A stretch of 62,966 nt of DNA, counting the filler, from Guillardia theta CCMP2712 (taxonomy: Eukaryota; Protista; Cryptophyta): assembly GCF_000315625.1 (NCBI RefSeq). It is 6 parts of 6 records of this genome, joined end to end, with 100 filler letters (N's around TTAATTAATTAA, not from the genome) between each part and the next. Parts side by side here need not be neighbours in the genome. Positions count along the whole stretch, not along the records: positions 47,927 to 52,121 come from NW_005434151.1; positions 52,222 to 61,421 come from NW_005434602.1; 4 more parts are not named here. One strand, written 5' to 3'. The notes under the pieces are model-generated. The model saw nothing but the letters and a program-made list of their open reading frames with translations, did no database searches and was not told the DNA's origin. A program made the position numbers and the translations under genes. Below, one piece after another: positions 47,927-61,388 of the stretch. Position 1 is the first letter of the stretch. Every line of letters starts with the position of its first letter.

Positions 47927-48605
47927 CGAGACCCCCTGGAGGCCCGCCAGGAGGCTAAGTGTCCGGAGATTGGCCGGGGGCCTGATCTCTCCGGGCGGCC
48001 GTGACCGGTCAGCGGACCGTGTCAGCAGGCCCGTGACATGTCAGCCGGCTGACAGGGTCCGTGACCCGGCTGACAGGCTCACCTGACCGGTCACGTGACA
48101 CATCACGTGACCGAGACAAGACTTTTTTATATCGCAGATCCAAAAACCCATAGGACATTTCTCCCAGGGGGAAGAAAACCTCCCTTGACCCCCCTGTTTC
48201 TCGACGGATCCTGCCGGCCGGGCCCGTCAGTAGACCGACTGCAGCCTTCAGCCCCGCCTCAGACCCCCTGGAGGCCCGCCAGGAGGCTAAGTGTCCGGAG
48301 ATTGGCCGGGGGCCTGATCTCTCCGGGCGGCCGTGACCGGTCAGCGGACCGTGTCAGCAGGCCCGTGACATGTCACCCGGCTGACAGGGTCCGTGACCCG
48401 GCTGACAGGCTCACCTGACCGGTCACGTGACACATCACGTGACCGAGACAAGACTTTTTTATATCGCAGATCCAAAAACCCATAGGACATTTCTCCCAGG
48501 GGAAGAAATCCTCCCTTGACCCCCCTGTTTCTCGACGGATCCTGCCGGCCGGGCCCGTCAGTAGACCGACTGCAGCCTTCAGCCCCGCCTCAGACCCCCT
48601 GGAGG
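47927..48605. repeat. 331/332-bp tandem repeat, two or more units (continues into the gap)
   Basis: Unit start GAGGCCCGCCAGG at 47939 and 48271; a third start (GAGG at 48602) is interrupted by the TIR element. Confidence 0.95.
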
Positions 48606-50900
48606 CATTCTGGGGTCTTTTGTGGAAGTCGTTTCTTAACAAATCGACGATATTTGTATTTCGTTTCTCAGGGGAGGGGTGGATACCGACCCCTCCGTTT
48701 TTGCGGGGTATTAAGCTGGTTTTCGGTCGGTGGGGGTACTTGTAGAATTCCCGGGTCACCTCGAACTTGAGCTAGCTCTGGGTAAGTCGAAAAGACTCCT
48801 CTTGGATTACCGTTACGATTCAATTTGAAGTAACGAGTGGTCAAAAAGTACCCCACCCCACAACTTACAATCCATGAAGGGGGTTCCGAGCCCAAATTTC
48901 GAATCATTGTTATTTGACCTGAATCACTACCCCCTACCCCCAATCCACATGAAATCGCTGGAAAAAATAAGGTAGAGGTGGTCTTATTCCTCTACTCCAC
49001 AGGGCGACACCACAGGCCAGGGCAAGAGGCGATGGGGAAGGCACCTTACCAACGCGCTAGATACGATTATGCAAGCTTAGAGACTTCGAATCTTGATGTA
49101 GTCTAACATGATTGAAAGCAGAACTATGAAATTGTTGCCATCTGGCATGCATGCCTCGATTTACGGACAGCCGATATCCCTCACAGTGGTGATAAAACCA
49201 TTCAGCGTGTGGTGGATACAAAATTACGTTGCAAAGGCGTGCTGCAACTTGCTACATTGCTTGATAGAACATATGCGTTCGACTCGATGACGATAGAGCG
49301 ATTCAAAACCATCATGATTTTGTGGATAGTTTGACAGATTGATCACTTCTTGGATACACAGCAGAGCTGGCTTTTCGCATCCTTGTTCAAAATCCTTGTT
49401 TAAATCAGTTTCCCACAGAGCGGCCTTTAGGTAAGATAGCCCTACAACTTGCATCATCGGACTATCGCTTTCTTCCGAAGTCCAGGCTCTTCATGCCCCG
49501 CGTGAACTTAATGCCGACGTCGTGTTGGGCGACACTTCAAGTTTCACATGGATACGCCATGTTCTCGCCAAAGTGCTCAGGAAGACTTGCAAATGCTTTG
49601 CAATGTTTCATCTCGTTCATTCTTACTGAAATATACCACCTTGAAGTGTGCTTGTGCTTGTGTTGTTCTACATCCTGCACCATGCGCTTGCAGCACTGGA
49701 TTGAATTGAATACATCAACTGTCATTTCTCATGTCTACACCTGAGTGTATGCATGCGTGCATATCATGGAAAGAAACATGTCATCTTACGATTTCCAAAT
49801 AGTGATGCATGTTAGCGTTGTAAATGCTAATGCTAAACATCACTGGTTTTGCTTGTCAATGACAACTTGAGCAAATCAAAAGAGGTTTGACTTTACAAGA
49901 AATTCACACAAACATTTGTTGGTTCATTTCTGTGCATGTCTCCTTTATGTATGGAACGCATCATTAGGACTCTAAGCTTACGGTTGAACATGATTGCAAT
50001 GAAAGAAACCTTAATGAAACGATGAAAGAATCCTGAATGAAGGTATGATTGTATGCTAACATCACAAAAAGTGAAAGCTCTCAACAAAATTAACCATCCG
50101 TGAAAGTTCAAGATTGCACGCACTGGCTGCAATGGACTTCGCGAAGCAAACCTAGAAAGTAAGACATATTATAATGTTGAATTGAACAATGCTCACTGTC
50201 ATGCATAGTGAAACCCTTAACTTCAAAATGTCACAACCATCGAAGGTGTTGGAGCTTTGAATCATCGAATATTTCCATGCTTTCTGTTCTTTGTCACTGT
50301 CCGAAAATAAGCCTGAGACTATTCATATCAGCATTTTAACCCATTGCAGCAAGAAAATTCCAAGGCTGTCGATCACTGTTGCATTCGTCGCTCCTAGTTT
50401 CCATCAAACGACGAAACAAACCTTCTCCCGGTAGATCTACTGGCAAAGTGCCATGTAGGGCTTGACAACGGTCTTGCATGGCACGGTACGAAGAGCTTCC
50501 TTGTCAAGATGCGCCATGTTGCAGTTATCTGTAACTCAACCTTGCACAGGCCGTGAGCGTGTGTAAGGCATGAAACTCAGGAGGAAATAAATTTCGGAGG
50601 AGAGCAGAGAGATCCAGAAGCGTTGTGACTGAGGGAGCTGAAGAATGGAGAGCGAAGAGTACAACTTGCAAGGGCAGGCAAGGCCCGAGGGAGGAGGGGC
50701 AGCTCAGGGGGAAGCGTGGAATGGGGGGGAAGGCGTGTGCCCCGGCTTCAAAATTTAAAAAGCCATTAATAAACAGGATTTGGACAAGAACCTGAAATAT
50801 TACTAATTAGATTTCAGGTATAGCTAAAAATCGTCGTATGACCCCCCTTTCCGCACCCACCACCCTCCAGACTACAACTTCCACAAAAGACCCCAGAATG
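48606..50900. mobile_element. 2295-bp DNA transposon-like element with perfect 24-bp TIRs and a 4-bp GAGG target duplication
   Basis: CATTCTGGGGTCTTTTGTGGAAGT (48606-48629) and ACTTCCACAAAAGACCCCAGAATG (50877-50900); GAGG at 48602-48605 and 50901-50904; removing the element restores the satellite junction CCCCTGGAGGCCCGCC. Confidence 0.88.
49224..50571 (-). CDS. Putative micro-exon gene carried inside the TIR element; no recognisable transposase motif
   Basis: ATG at 50571 followed by a series of ~45-50-nt GT...AG segments and short coding-like exons; ORFs 49537-49725 and 49224-49457. Confidence 0.3.
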
Positions 50901-51567
50901 GAGGCCCGCCAGGAGGCTAAGTGTCCGGAGATTGGCCGGGGGCCTGATCTCTCCGGGCGGCCGTGACCGGTCAGCGGACCGTGTCAGCAGGCCCGTGACA
51001 TGTCAGCCGGCTGACAGGGTCCGTGACCCGGCTGACAGGCTCACCTGACCGGTCACGTGACACATCACGTGACCGAGACAAGACTTTTTTATATCGCAGA
51101 TCCAAAAACCCATAGGACATTTCTCCCAGGGGGAAGAAAACCTCCCTTGACCCCCCTGTTTCTCGACGGATCCTGCCGGCCGGGCCCGTCAGTAGACCGA
51201 CTGCAGCCTTCAGCCCCGCCTCAGACCCCCTGGAGGCCCGCCAGGAGGCTAAGTGTCCGGAGATTGGCCGGGGGCCTGATCTCTCCGGGCGGCCGTGACC
51301 GGTCAGCGGACCGTGTCAGCAGGCCCGTGACATGTCAGCCGGCTGACAGGGGCCGTGACCCGGCTGACAGGCTCACCTGACCGGTCACGTGACACATCAC
51401 GTGACCGAGACAAGACTTTTTTATATCGCAGATCCAAAAACCCATAGGACATTTCTCCCAGGGGAAGAAATCCTCCCTTGACCCCCCTGTTTCTCGACGG
51501 ATCCTGCCGGCCGGGCCCGTCAGTAGACCGACTGCAGCCTTCAGCCCCGCCTCAGACCCCCTGGAGG
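50901..51567. repeat. Two further 332/331-bp satellite units
   Basis: Unit starts at 50901 and 51233; nearly identical to 47939-48605. Confidence 0.95.
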
Positions 51568-52121
51568 CATTCTGGGGTCTTTTGTGGAAGTCGTTTCTTA
51601 ACAAATCGACGATATTTGTATTTCGTTTCTCAGGGGAGGGGTGGATACCGACCCCTCCGTTTTTGCGGGGTATTAAGCTGGTTTTCGGTCGGTGGGGGTA
51701 CTTGTAGAATTCCCGGGTCACCTCGAACTTGAGCTAGCTCTGGGTAAGTCGAAAAGACTCCTCTTGGATTACCGTTACGATTCAATTTGAAGTAACGAGT
51801 GGTCAAAAAGTACCCCACCCCACAACTTACAATCCATGAAGGGGGTTCCGAGCCCAAATTTCGAATCATTGTTATTTGACCTGAATCACTACCCCCTACC
51901 CCCAATCCACATGAAATCGCTGGAAAAAATAAGGTAGAGGTGGTCTTATTCCTCTACTCCACAGGGCGACACCACAGGCCAGGGCAAGAGGCGATGGGGA
52001 AGGCACCTTACCAACGCGCTAGATACGATTATGCAAGCTTAGAGACTTCGAATCTTGATGTAGTCTAACATGATTGAAAGCAGAACTATGAAATTGTTGC
52101 CATCTGGCATGCATGCCTCGA
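51568..52121. mobile_element. Second copy of the TIR element (left part, truncated by gap)
   Basis: Matches 48606 onward at a 2962-bp offset, with the same GAGG insertion site. Confidence 0.9.
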
Positions 52122-52298
52122 NNNNNNNNNNNNNNNNNNNNNNNNNNNNNNNNNNNNNNNNNNNNTTAATTAATTAANNNNNNNNNNNNNNNNNNNNNNN
52201 NNNNNNNNNNNNNNNNNNNNNACATCCTCGTGCTCCTGCTCTTCCTCCTCCTTCTCCTGCTTCTCCTTCTGCTCATGCTCCCACTTCTCTCGCGTCAT

Positions 52299-52340
<42 letters not shown>

Positions 52341-52489
52341 ATGCTCCTGCTCCTGCTCTTGCTGCTCCTACTCCTCTCGCTCATCCTGCTGCTGCTGCTG
52401 TGCTGCTGCTGCTCTCGCTACTCTTGCTGCTGTGCTGCGGCTGTGCTGCTGCTGCTGATCTTCCACGTTCTCGTCCTCCTCTTGCTCAC

Positions 52490-54187
<1,698 letters not shown>

Positions 54188-54405
54188 GCCCACCTCGCTC
54201 TCCCGGTCTTTTCTCTTCTTCTCTCCTTCGCTCCTTCTCTCCTTCTCTTCTCCTTCTCTTCTCCTTCTCTTCTCCTTCTCTTCTCCTTCTCTTCTCCTTC
54301 TCTTCTCCTTCTCTTCTCCTCCCTCTTGTTTCCACTGAACTCAAAGATTCCGTTGACCCTCATCCCCACCACATCCACATTTTGTTTTACAAGCTTTTTT
54401 TAGCC

Positions 54406-56082
54406 ATGGGATGGCAGCGACTGCTCCTCCTCTACTTGGCCTGCTTGGTCCTCCCGCCCTCCTCCTCGTCATCCTCCTCCTCGCCCTCCTCCTCGTCCTC
54501 CTCCTCCTCCTCCTCCTCCTCCTCCTCTCCCCACTCGTCGTTGACTCAAGCTGCTCCTTCCTCGCTTTCTGCTTCCAATTCATCGCCAATCCTCTCGCAC
54601 GCTTCGTCCACCTCCATTCACGCTCTGTGGCCGGCCAATGGAACAAGACTGCTTCCTGCCTTACCTGTCACGTTGCGGTATGTGGTGAGGCATGCCGAGC
54701 TGGTGGGGCGGTATCAGCTGCTCGTCCTCGTCGACGGGGTCGAATGGGCTCACTCGTGGCTGCATGTCGTGAGTCAGGTCGAGCAGGCAGGGAACGTCAC
54801 TCTCCCGCCGATGCGAGAAGGAGAGCACGAGGTCATGCTCGCCTTGCAGCTTGAGTGGGAAGACATCAACCAGCCTTCCTCCATCGAACTCCTCCAGGTG
54901 CTCGTCCACGGAGAGCATGAGCGAAGAGATGAGGGGAACGCCCCTGGCCTGCAAGGGTGGAGGAGGAAACTGCAGTTTGAGCCTCGAGATGGGCTGGAGG
55001 AGAAAGGATGGCAGTCTGCTGGTTTCTATCAGTCCAAGGAGGCAGACGGGAAGGAGAATGTGCTTGTGCTTGTGGTTGCCAACGAGGGGTATAAGGACCT
55101 GCTCCAGCATTGGATCTGCCATGCGGATCGTCTGGGGCTCAAGTACATGGTCGGGCTGGCTGACCCTCAGATAGGAAGATGGATGGAGGAGCATCACCCC
55201 AAGGTTCGGACGCACGTGCTGTTCGAGGGGCGAGCATGTCGGAGGAAGGCTCGTTCATGAGCGAGATCTTCTACCGCATCGTGTGGCGGTGCATGGAGCT
55301 GGTGCGAGAGCTCTTGGATCGCAGCCTCTCCGTCCTCTTCATTGACATCGACGTCATGCTCCTCCGCGACCCCGTCGACTTGGTGGAGCACAACTGCGAC
55401 CTGGTCTACCAGCAGAACCACTGCGCCGAGATCCCTCCGAGAGAGGCGACGGAGGAGGGGGAGCCGAACGCTGGATTCTACTTCGTGCGGGCAGGACAAG
55501 CAGGCAAGCGCTTCCTGGACGAGGTGCTGCAGGGCAAGGTGCCTCCTCCTCCAGGTGACGTCAGGCACAACAAGAATCGATTCTACTCCCACGACCAGCG
55601 AGTGCAGGTGAGAGGCAGGAGCAGGGGAGCGGCGAAGAAGCAAAAGCAAGGGAGGGGGGAGCGAAGAAAGCAGCAGGGGAGGGAGCGGGAGAGGAGAGGG
55701 GCAGGACGGGATCAAATGATGGTGAGGAGCAGATTCACTTCTGGAATCGCCTTCGGGCTTGGCTGGCGGAGGGGCGAGCGCGACTGGCTCAGGTGCCCCG
55801 GCAACGCTACGAGCATCGCGACTTGTCGCCCTCCAAGTTCTGCGCAGCTGACGCGCGTGCGTACGCAACTGGCTGGGCGTTGGACAGGTGAAGGAAGCGA
55901 GGAGAAGGAAAGAGACTGAGCAGAACACAGAGAAAGGTTCGAGCAGGTGAACTCTTCCATCGTAGCTCTTCACGCGAACTGCATCATAGGCAAGTCGAAG
56001 AAGGTGAGAAGAATCTGCGAGGGTTGGAATGACAAGCGCACAGGTTGAGCTCATGAGGTCGCTGGGGGTTCTCTGTTTCTGA
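54406..56082 (+). CDS. Nucleotide-diphospho-sugar transferase (GT77/Nucleotid_trans-like) with an apparent 1-nt frameshift near 55230
   Basis: Signal/anchor MGWQRLLLLYLACLVL; VVANEGYKDLLQHWICH; VLFIDIDVMLLRDP (DxD); PNAGFYFVR; DQ; HANCIIGKSKK. Confidence 0.8.
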
Positions 56083-56359
56083 GCATCGACTTCTTCTCGT
56101 TGTCGTTGGCTGCCAATGGACAGCAGGGAGTTAACGTCTCGTACCAGACGAACAAGAAAGATCGCAGCCATCTCGATCACGCCAGTAGTAAGAAGCCTTG
56201 AAGCAGCTGCATGTGGTGTGTCTGTTGGTCGTCGGTGACTGACTTGATCGCCTGAGGCTGCTCGTGACTTGAAAGTAAACGATCAGATGCGCATGTACAA
56301 CACCTGCCAAGAATTTAGCGACAAGCGACAAATACACAGCACTCAACAGAGGCCAGCGG

Positions 56360-56820
56360 CCTTACAGGCAATACCCGTAGGCGTCCGACTGACCGTTAGA
56401 GCTGGCGTGTGCCGACTCGACACCCTCCGCTTCACTGTCTGGTATCTGGCGCAAGACAATGGCATTGCCTTGCTTCTTCCTGCTTTCTTCTGCTTGAGGC
56501 TCCTGTTGTCTTGTGTGTTTGCACCGCCTTTGTTCCTCATGCATGACTAGGTGAGTTTTACTCGCACAAGGTAAAACTTCAAGTGCCTCCAGCAGAAGAA
56601 GCAGAGACAAGCAAGACCGTCCTGCTTTCTTCTGCTTGAGGCACTTTTTAAAGCCTAGAGTTCTACTCGCATAAGGTTAAAAGTGCTTTTTACCTTGTGC
56701 GAGTGCTCAGAGGTATACTCGCAGAAGGTAAAAAGTGTCTCAAGCAAAAGATTGTTCCTGCTTTCTTTTTGCTTGCTTGTCTGCGCGGCTTTGCGCTTGG
56801 GCTGGCGATGCCGGGTCTGC
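56360..56820. mobile_element. Older, diverged fragments of a related RLE-element subfamily (terminus ...TTTTTACCTTxTGCGAGT)
   Basis: Matches to ORF (CACCCTCCGCTTCA..TCTGGTATCT) and 3' UTR modules; tail-to-tail termini form an inverted repeat at ~56685-56735. Confidence 0.65.
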
Positions 56821-59337
56821 CAGCAGTGGCTCGTCCAGCATGGCTTCATGTTCAAGACGCTGGTGAGGGCGAGCCATCTCCAGAAGCTGCGCTTCTTCCT
56901 CCAGGGGTCATCTCCGTTTCTCCCGCGGGTCCAGTCACAGATTCGTCGCTTTGACCTCTCTGTCCACCTGGCGCTTGAGAAATACCACCGCTGGCCTTCC
57001 TCGCAGTACCTCGCCGCGCATCCCGACCTGCTAGAGTTTGCGAGGTTCAAGCGGGAGCTTCCGCATAGTCGGGGAGGGGACGAGTTCACGCCCTCTGAGG
57101 GTCTACACCCCGCTGTTTACTATACGGCTATCGCTCGCTTCCTCGCTTGGTACTCTGACCAGCCCATGTCCCGGATGTTGCCCTCTCCTCATAGCCTGGA
57201 CGTTCACTGCTCGAGATCTCTCCGTGCCCAGAAGCATCCTCTGGCGACCTTCTTCGTTGAGGCGCACGACTTCGTTCATAATGCTGGAGCGATCCTCTAC
57301 CGTCGTGTGAAGGCTCCTGCACCGGCTGCAGATGGCGCGGCGATCCCACCTGCCCCGGCTGCTGTGCCTGATGACGCAGGACGCCCCCCGGCATCTGTGG
57401 TACACATCCCTGGTTTGCGCGCTCTCGTCGACTCGTCTCATGAGCACTTCATTCCTCCGCCTGCGCAGCGAAATGTGACCCCTCTTGTCATGCGCGTCTT
57501 CCCTCGCCATGTGCATGCTCGCGCTGCGCTGACCGATCAGCAGCGTGATATCCTCACCTTGCACAGCCGCAGGACACACTCGCTCAAGTCGCAGGATAGG
57601 GTCTTGCAGTCTACCATCTTCGCTCATTTTCCTGAGCGAGACCTGAGCCACTCTCCGATGCGAGTCTCGAGCTACTACCCCCTCAAGGCCTTCCCGCACC
57701 GCTATGCTCAGATGCTCGACTGCTATCTCCATGGCATGCCGATCTGCCAGTGTCCGACGGAATGTGATGGATGTCAGCGCGAGCTCGATCCCTCCGTTGC
57801 TGCACATCATCTCCAGACCTGCAAACGCCGATCCTCCAAGCTTCCCACGGCGCATGACAACCTTACTCGTACGATTCGGTCGATGCTGAACGAAGCTGGT
57901 CTTCAGAGCGTCATCGATACAGTGGGGGATCCTCGTTCTCGACGGCAGGTACCCTCCCATCCTCATGGCCGCAAGATGAAGGGCGATATCCACATCCCTG
58001 GAATCCGCGATCGAGGGTCCGAGCAGTACGAGGGCTTGATGGCGGACGTGACGTTGGTCCACCCTTACATTGGTAGCTCTGCCGACCTGACCAAGTGGGG
58101 GGAGGTCAACCTCGACGCCCTCCATGTTGCAGCGTCTGAGAAGATTCGCAAACATCGCGCTGCATATGCTATGACTACTCCTCCTCGAGCGTTCATCCCT
58201 CTTGCCATCTCGACGGACGGTACCCTGCATCCTGACACCCTCCGCTTCATCTGGTATCTTGCGGACATCATTGCTCAGCGCTCAATGCCTCTTGAGGATG
58301 CGGCGTTTGGTCGGCACTTCGTGCCTGATGACGGACCTGCTGCTGAGGTCTTGGCTCGCAAACGCGCCGCCACCTATCAGCGCCTCACTATGCAGCTGAC
58401 GCTGGAGGCGCTCTTGTCTGGTGCGAGGCGCATGACGCCCTTGCGGGCGCAAGCACTCCTCGAGCCAGAGGACAGCTCCTCCTCGGACTTTGTCGAGTCG
58501 CCCGAGGAGTCTTCGCCGGAGGTCTCCGACTCCGATGGGGGAAACCCTTCGAGTGGCCCCGACGATGGGCGCGGAGCTGGCGACTCGGAGGCGTCTCCGT
58601 CCCTCACTGTGACGTCGGGTGCCTCCGGAGAGCTCGACACCACTGGGGTGCTTGCTGCTGGTCCGAGCTCGCCTGCTTCCTCCCCGGCATCGGTCGGGTC
58701 ACGCCGGTCCTTGGGCATTGCCGCGGCGTCGCCGCCGTCACGGGCGGCTACCGCTGACTCGGCTACCGCTGACTCGGAGGCTAGCGAGGAGGACTACCTC
58801 GAGCGGTACCGTGTTCATGTGTCCAGCCTCCCTCGGTTTAGCTTGTTCCTGCTTTGTTTTGCTTGAGGCACTTTTTACCTTCTGCCAGTAAATCCTATAC
58901 ATGTTTTCTCCGTCCGCTGCCCCAGGCGGACCCCCGGGCATCGCCGGCTCCTTGTCGGCGGCTGCCCTTTCTCCGTCCGCGGCCGCCCGCTTTGTGGCGG
59001 CAGCGGACGTCTCGACTGACAGTGGTCAGTCGGCTGCCTCCGGGTATCGCGTGTAAGGGATTTTCTTCCTCCTGCATGCTCCTGCTGCTTGTTGCTTGAT
59101 TGCCTGACCCTGAGTGATCGGATTTACTGGCAGAAGGTAAAAAGCCTTAGGCTGCTTGTCTGCGCGGCTTCGCGCTTGGGCTGGCGATGCCGCGTCTGGG
59201 TGCCAGCAGTGCTGGTTGTTTTCGGGCTTGTGTTTTGTGTGTGTTTGTGCAGCTTTCTCGCTGTGGACTGTGTGGTTCAGCTTGTTCCTGCTTTATTTTG
59301 CTTGAGGCACTTTTTACCTTCTGCCAGTAAATCCTAT
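56820..59337 (+). mobile_element. 5'-truncated CRE-like non-LTR retrotransposon (CCHC knuckle plus restriction-like endonuclease); true stop 59054-59056, 3' UTR ending ...GCCAGTAAATCCTAT
   Basis: CDGC...HHLQTC...AHDNL...KMKGDI...LMADVTLVHP...AASEKIRKH...FIPLAISTDGTLHP. The uninterrupted 3' end is preserved as an inverted copy at 60912-61388, which shows the ORF continues past the 58835-58907 insert. Confidence 0.85.
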
Positions 59338-61388
59338 GATCGCTGGTTCTTTTCGGGCTTGCATGCAGGTTTAGCTTGTTCCTGCTTTGTTTTGCTTGAG
59401 GCACTTTTTACCTTCTGCGAGTAAACCTCTGATCATCCAAGCTAAGACTGCATGCACACAGCTCTTCGGCCAGCCCACGCGCGAAGCCGCGCAGACAAGC
59501 AGGAAGGGCCAAGCAACAGTCTGTAGGAGGGTTGGAAGATTTACTGGCAGAAGGTAAAAAGGAGGGGACCCCTCGAGCGGTACCGTGCTCCTCCGCTTCA
59601 TCTGGTATCTGGCGGACATCATTGCTCAGCGGCGCTCGACGGCAAGCCTCGATGCCTCTTGAGGATGCGGCGTTTGGTCGGCACTTCGTGCCTGACGACG
59701 GCCCTGCTGCTGAGGTCTTGGCTCGCAAACGCGCCGCCACCAAGTGTATGGATTTACTGGCAGAAGGGAAAAAGTGCCTCAAGCAAAACAAAGCAAACAA
59801 GCCTATCAGCGCCTCACTATGCAGCTGACGCTGCAGGCGCTCTTGTCTGGTGCGAGGCGCATGACGCCCTTGCGGGCGCAAGCACTCCACGAGCCAGAGG
59901 ACAGCTCCTCCTCGGACTTTGTCGAGTCGCCCGAGGAGGGCATAGGATTTACTGGCAGAAGGTAAAAAGTGCCTCAAGCAAAACAAAGCAGGAACAAGCT
60001 GAACCGGCAGGCACACAGTCCACAGCGAGAAGCTGCACAAACACACACAAAACACAAGCCCGAAAAGAACCAGCACTGCTGGCACCCAGACGCGGCAGCG
60101 CCAGCCCAAGCGCGAAGCCGCGCAGACAAGCAGCCTAAGGGTCAAGCAATCAAGCAACAAGCAGCAGGAGGAATCTTTGCCGGCCCGGGAGGTCTCCGAC
60201 TTCATCTGGTATCTCGCGGACATCATTGCTCAGCGCTCGATGCCTCTTGAGGATGCGGCGTTTGGTCGGCACTTCGTGCCTGATGACGGACCTGATGCTG
60301 AGGTCTTGGCTCGCAAACGCGCCGCCACCTATCAGCGCCTCACCATGCAGCTGACGCTGGAGGCGCTCTTGTCTGGTGCGAGGCGCATGACGCCCTTGCG
60401 GGCGCAAGCACTCCTCGAGCCAGAGGACAGCTCCTCCTCGGACTTTGTCGAGTCGCCCGAGGCAACGGGGGCATAGGATTTACTGGCAGAAGGTAAAAAG
60501 TGCCTCAAGCAAAACAAAGCAGGAACAAGCTGAACCGGCAGGCACACAGTCCACAGCGAGAAGCTGCACAAACACACACAAAACACAAGCCCGAAAAGAA
60601 CCAGCACTGCTGTTACCTTCTGCCAGTAAATCCTGTAGGCTGGCACCCAGACGCGGCATCGCCAGCCCAAGCGCGAAGCCGCGCAGACAAGCAGCCTAAG
60701 GGTCAAGCAATCAAGCAACAAGCAGCAGGAGCATGCAGGAGGAAGAAAATCCCTTACACGCGATACCCGGAGGCAGCCGACTGACCACTGTCAGTCGAGA
60801 CGTCCGCTGCCGGCACAAAGCGGGCGGCCGCGGACGGAGAAAGGGCAGCCGCCGACAAGGAGCCGGCGTTGCCCGGGGGTCCGCCTGGGGCAGCGGACGG
60901 AGGGAGGCTGTATAGGATTTACTGGCAGAAGGTAAAAAGTGCCTCAAGCAAAATAAAGCAGGAACAAGCTGAACCGGCAGGCACACAGCACACAGCGAGA
61001 AGCTGCACAAACACACACAAAAAACACAAGCCCGAAAAGAACCAGCACTGCTGGCACCCAGACGCGGCAGCGCCAGCCCAAGCGCGAAGCCGCGCAGACA
61101 AGCAGCCTAAAGGTCAAGCAATCAAGCAACAAGCAGCAGGAGCATGCAGGAGGAAGAAAATCCCTTACACGCGATACCCGGAGGCAGCCGACTGACCACT
61201 GTCAGTCGAGACGTCCGCTGCCGCCACAAAGCGGGCGGCCGCGGACGGAGAAAGGGCAGCCGCCGACAAGGAGCCGGCGCTGCCCGGGGGTCCGCCTGGG
61301 GCAGCGGACGGAGGGAGGCTGGACACATGAACACGGTACCGCTCGAGGTAGTCCTCCTCGCTAGCCTCCGAGTCAGCGGTAGCCGAGT
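59338..61388. mobile_element. Nest of 3'-anchored, 5'-truncated fragments of the same RLE element in both orientations
   Basis: Element terminus (or a variant of it) recurs at ~59368, 59538, 59750, 59942, 60473, 60613 and 60912, joined to pieces of ORF 58235-58508 and the 3' UTR. Confidence 0.85.

Noticed and set aside
47939-48270. 332-bp unit as a 5S rRNA, tRNA or snRNA gene array
   Set aside because: No recognisable conserved RNA sequence or A/B boxes; an Infernal scan would be needed to exclude it fully.
48606-50900. Fanzor/TnpB or DDE transposase in the TIR element
   Set aside because: No RuvC, zinc-ribbon or DDE motifs recognisable in any frame by eye; left as unknown cargo.
58834-58866. 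ORF-track C-terminus RFSLFLLCFA* of the RLE protein
   Set aside because: It derives from an inserted 3'-terminus fragment; the uninterrupted inverted copy shows the ORF continues to the TAA at 59054-59056.
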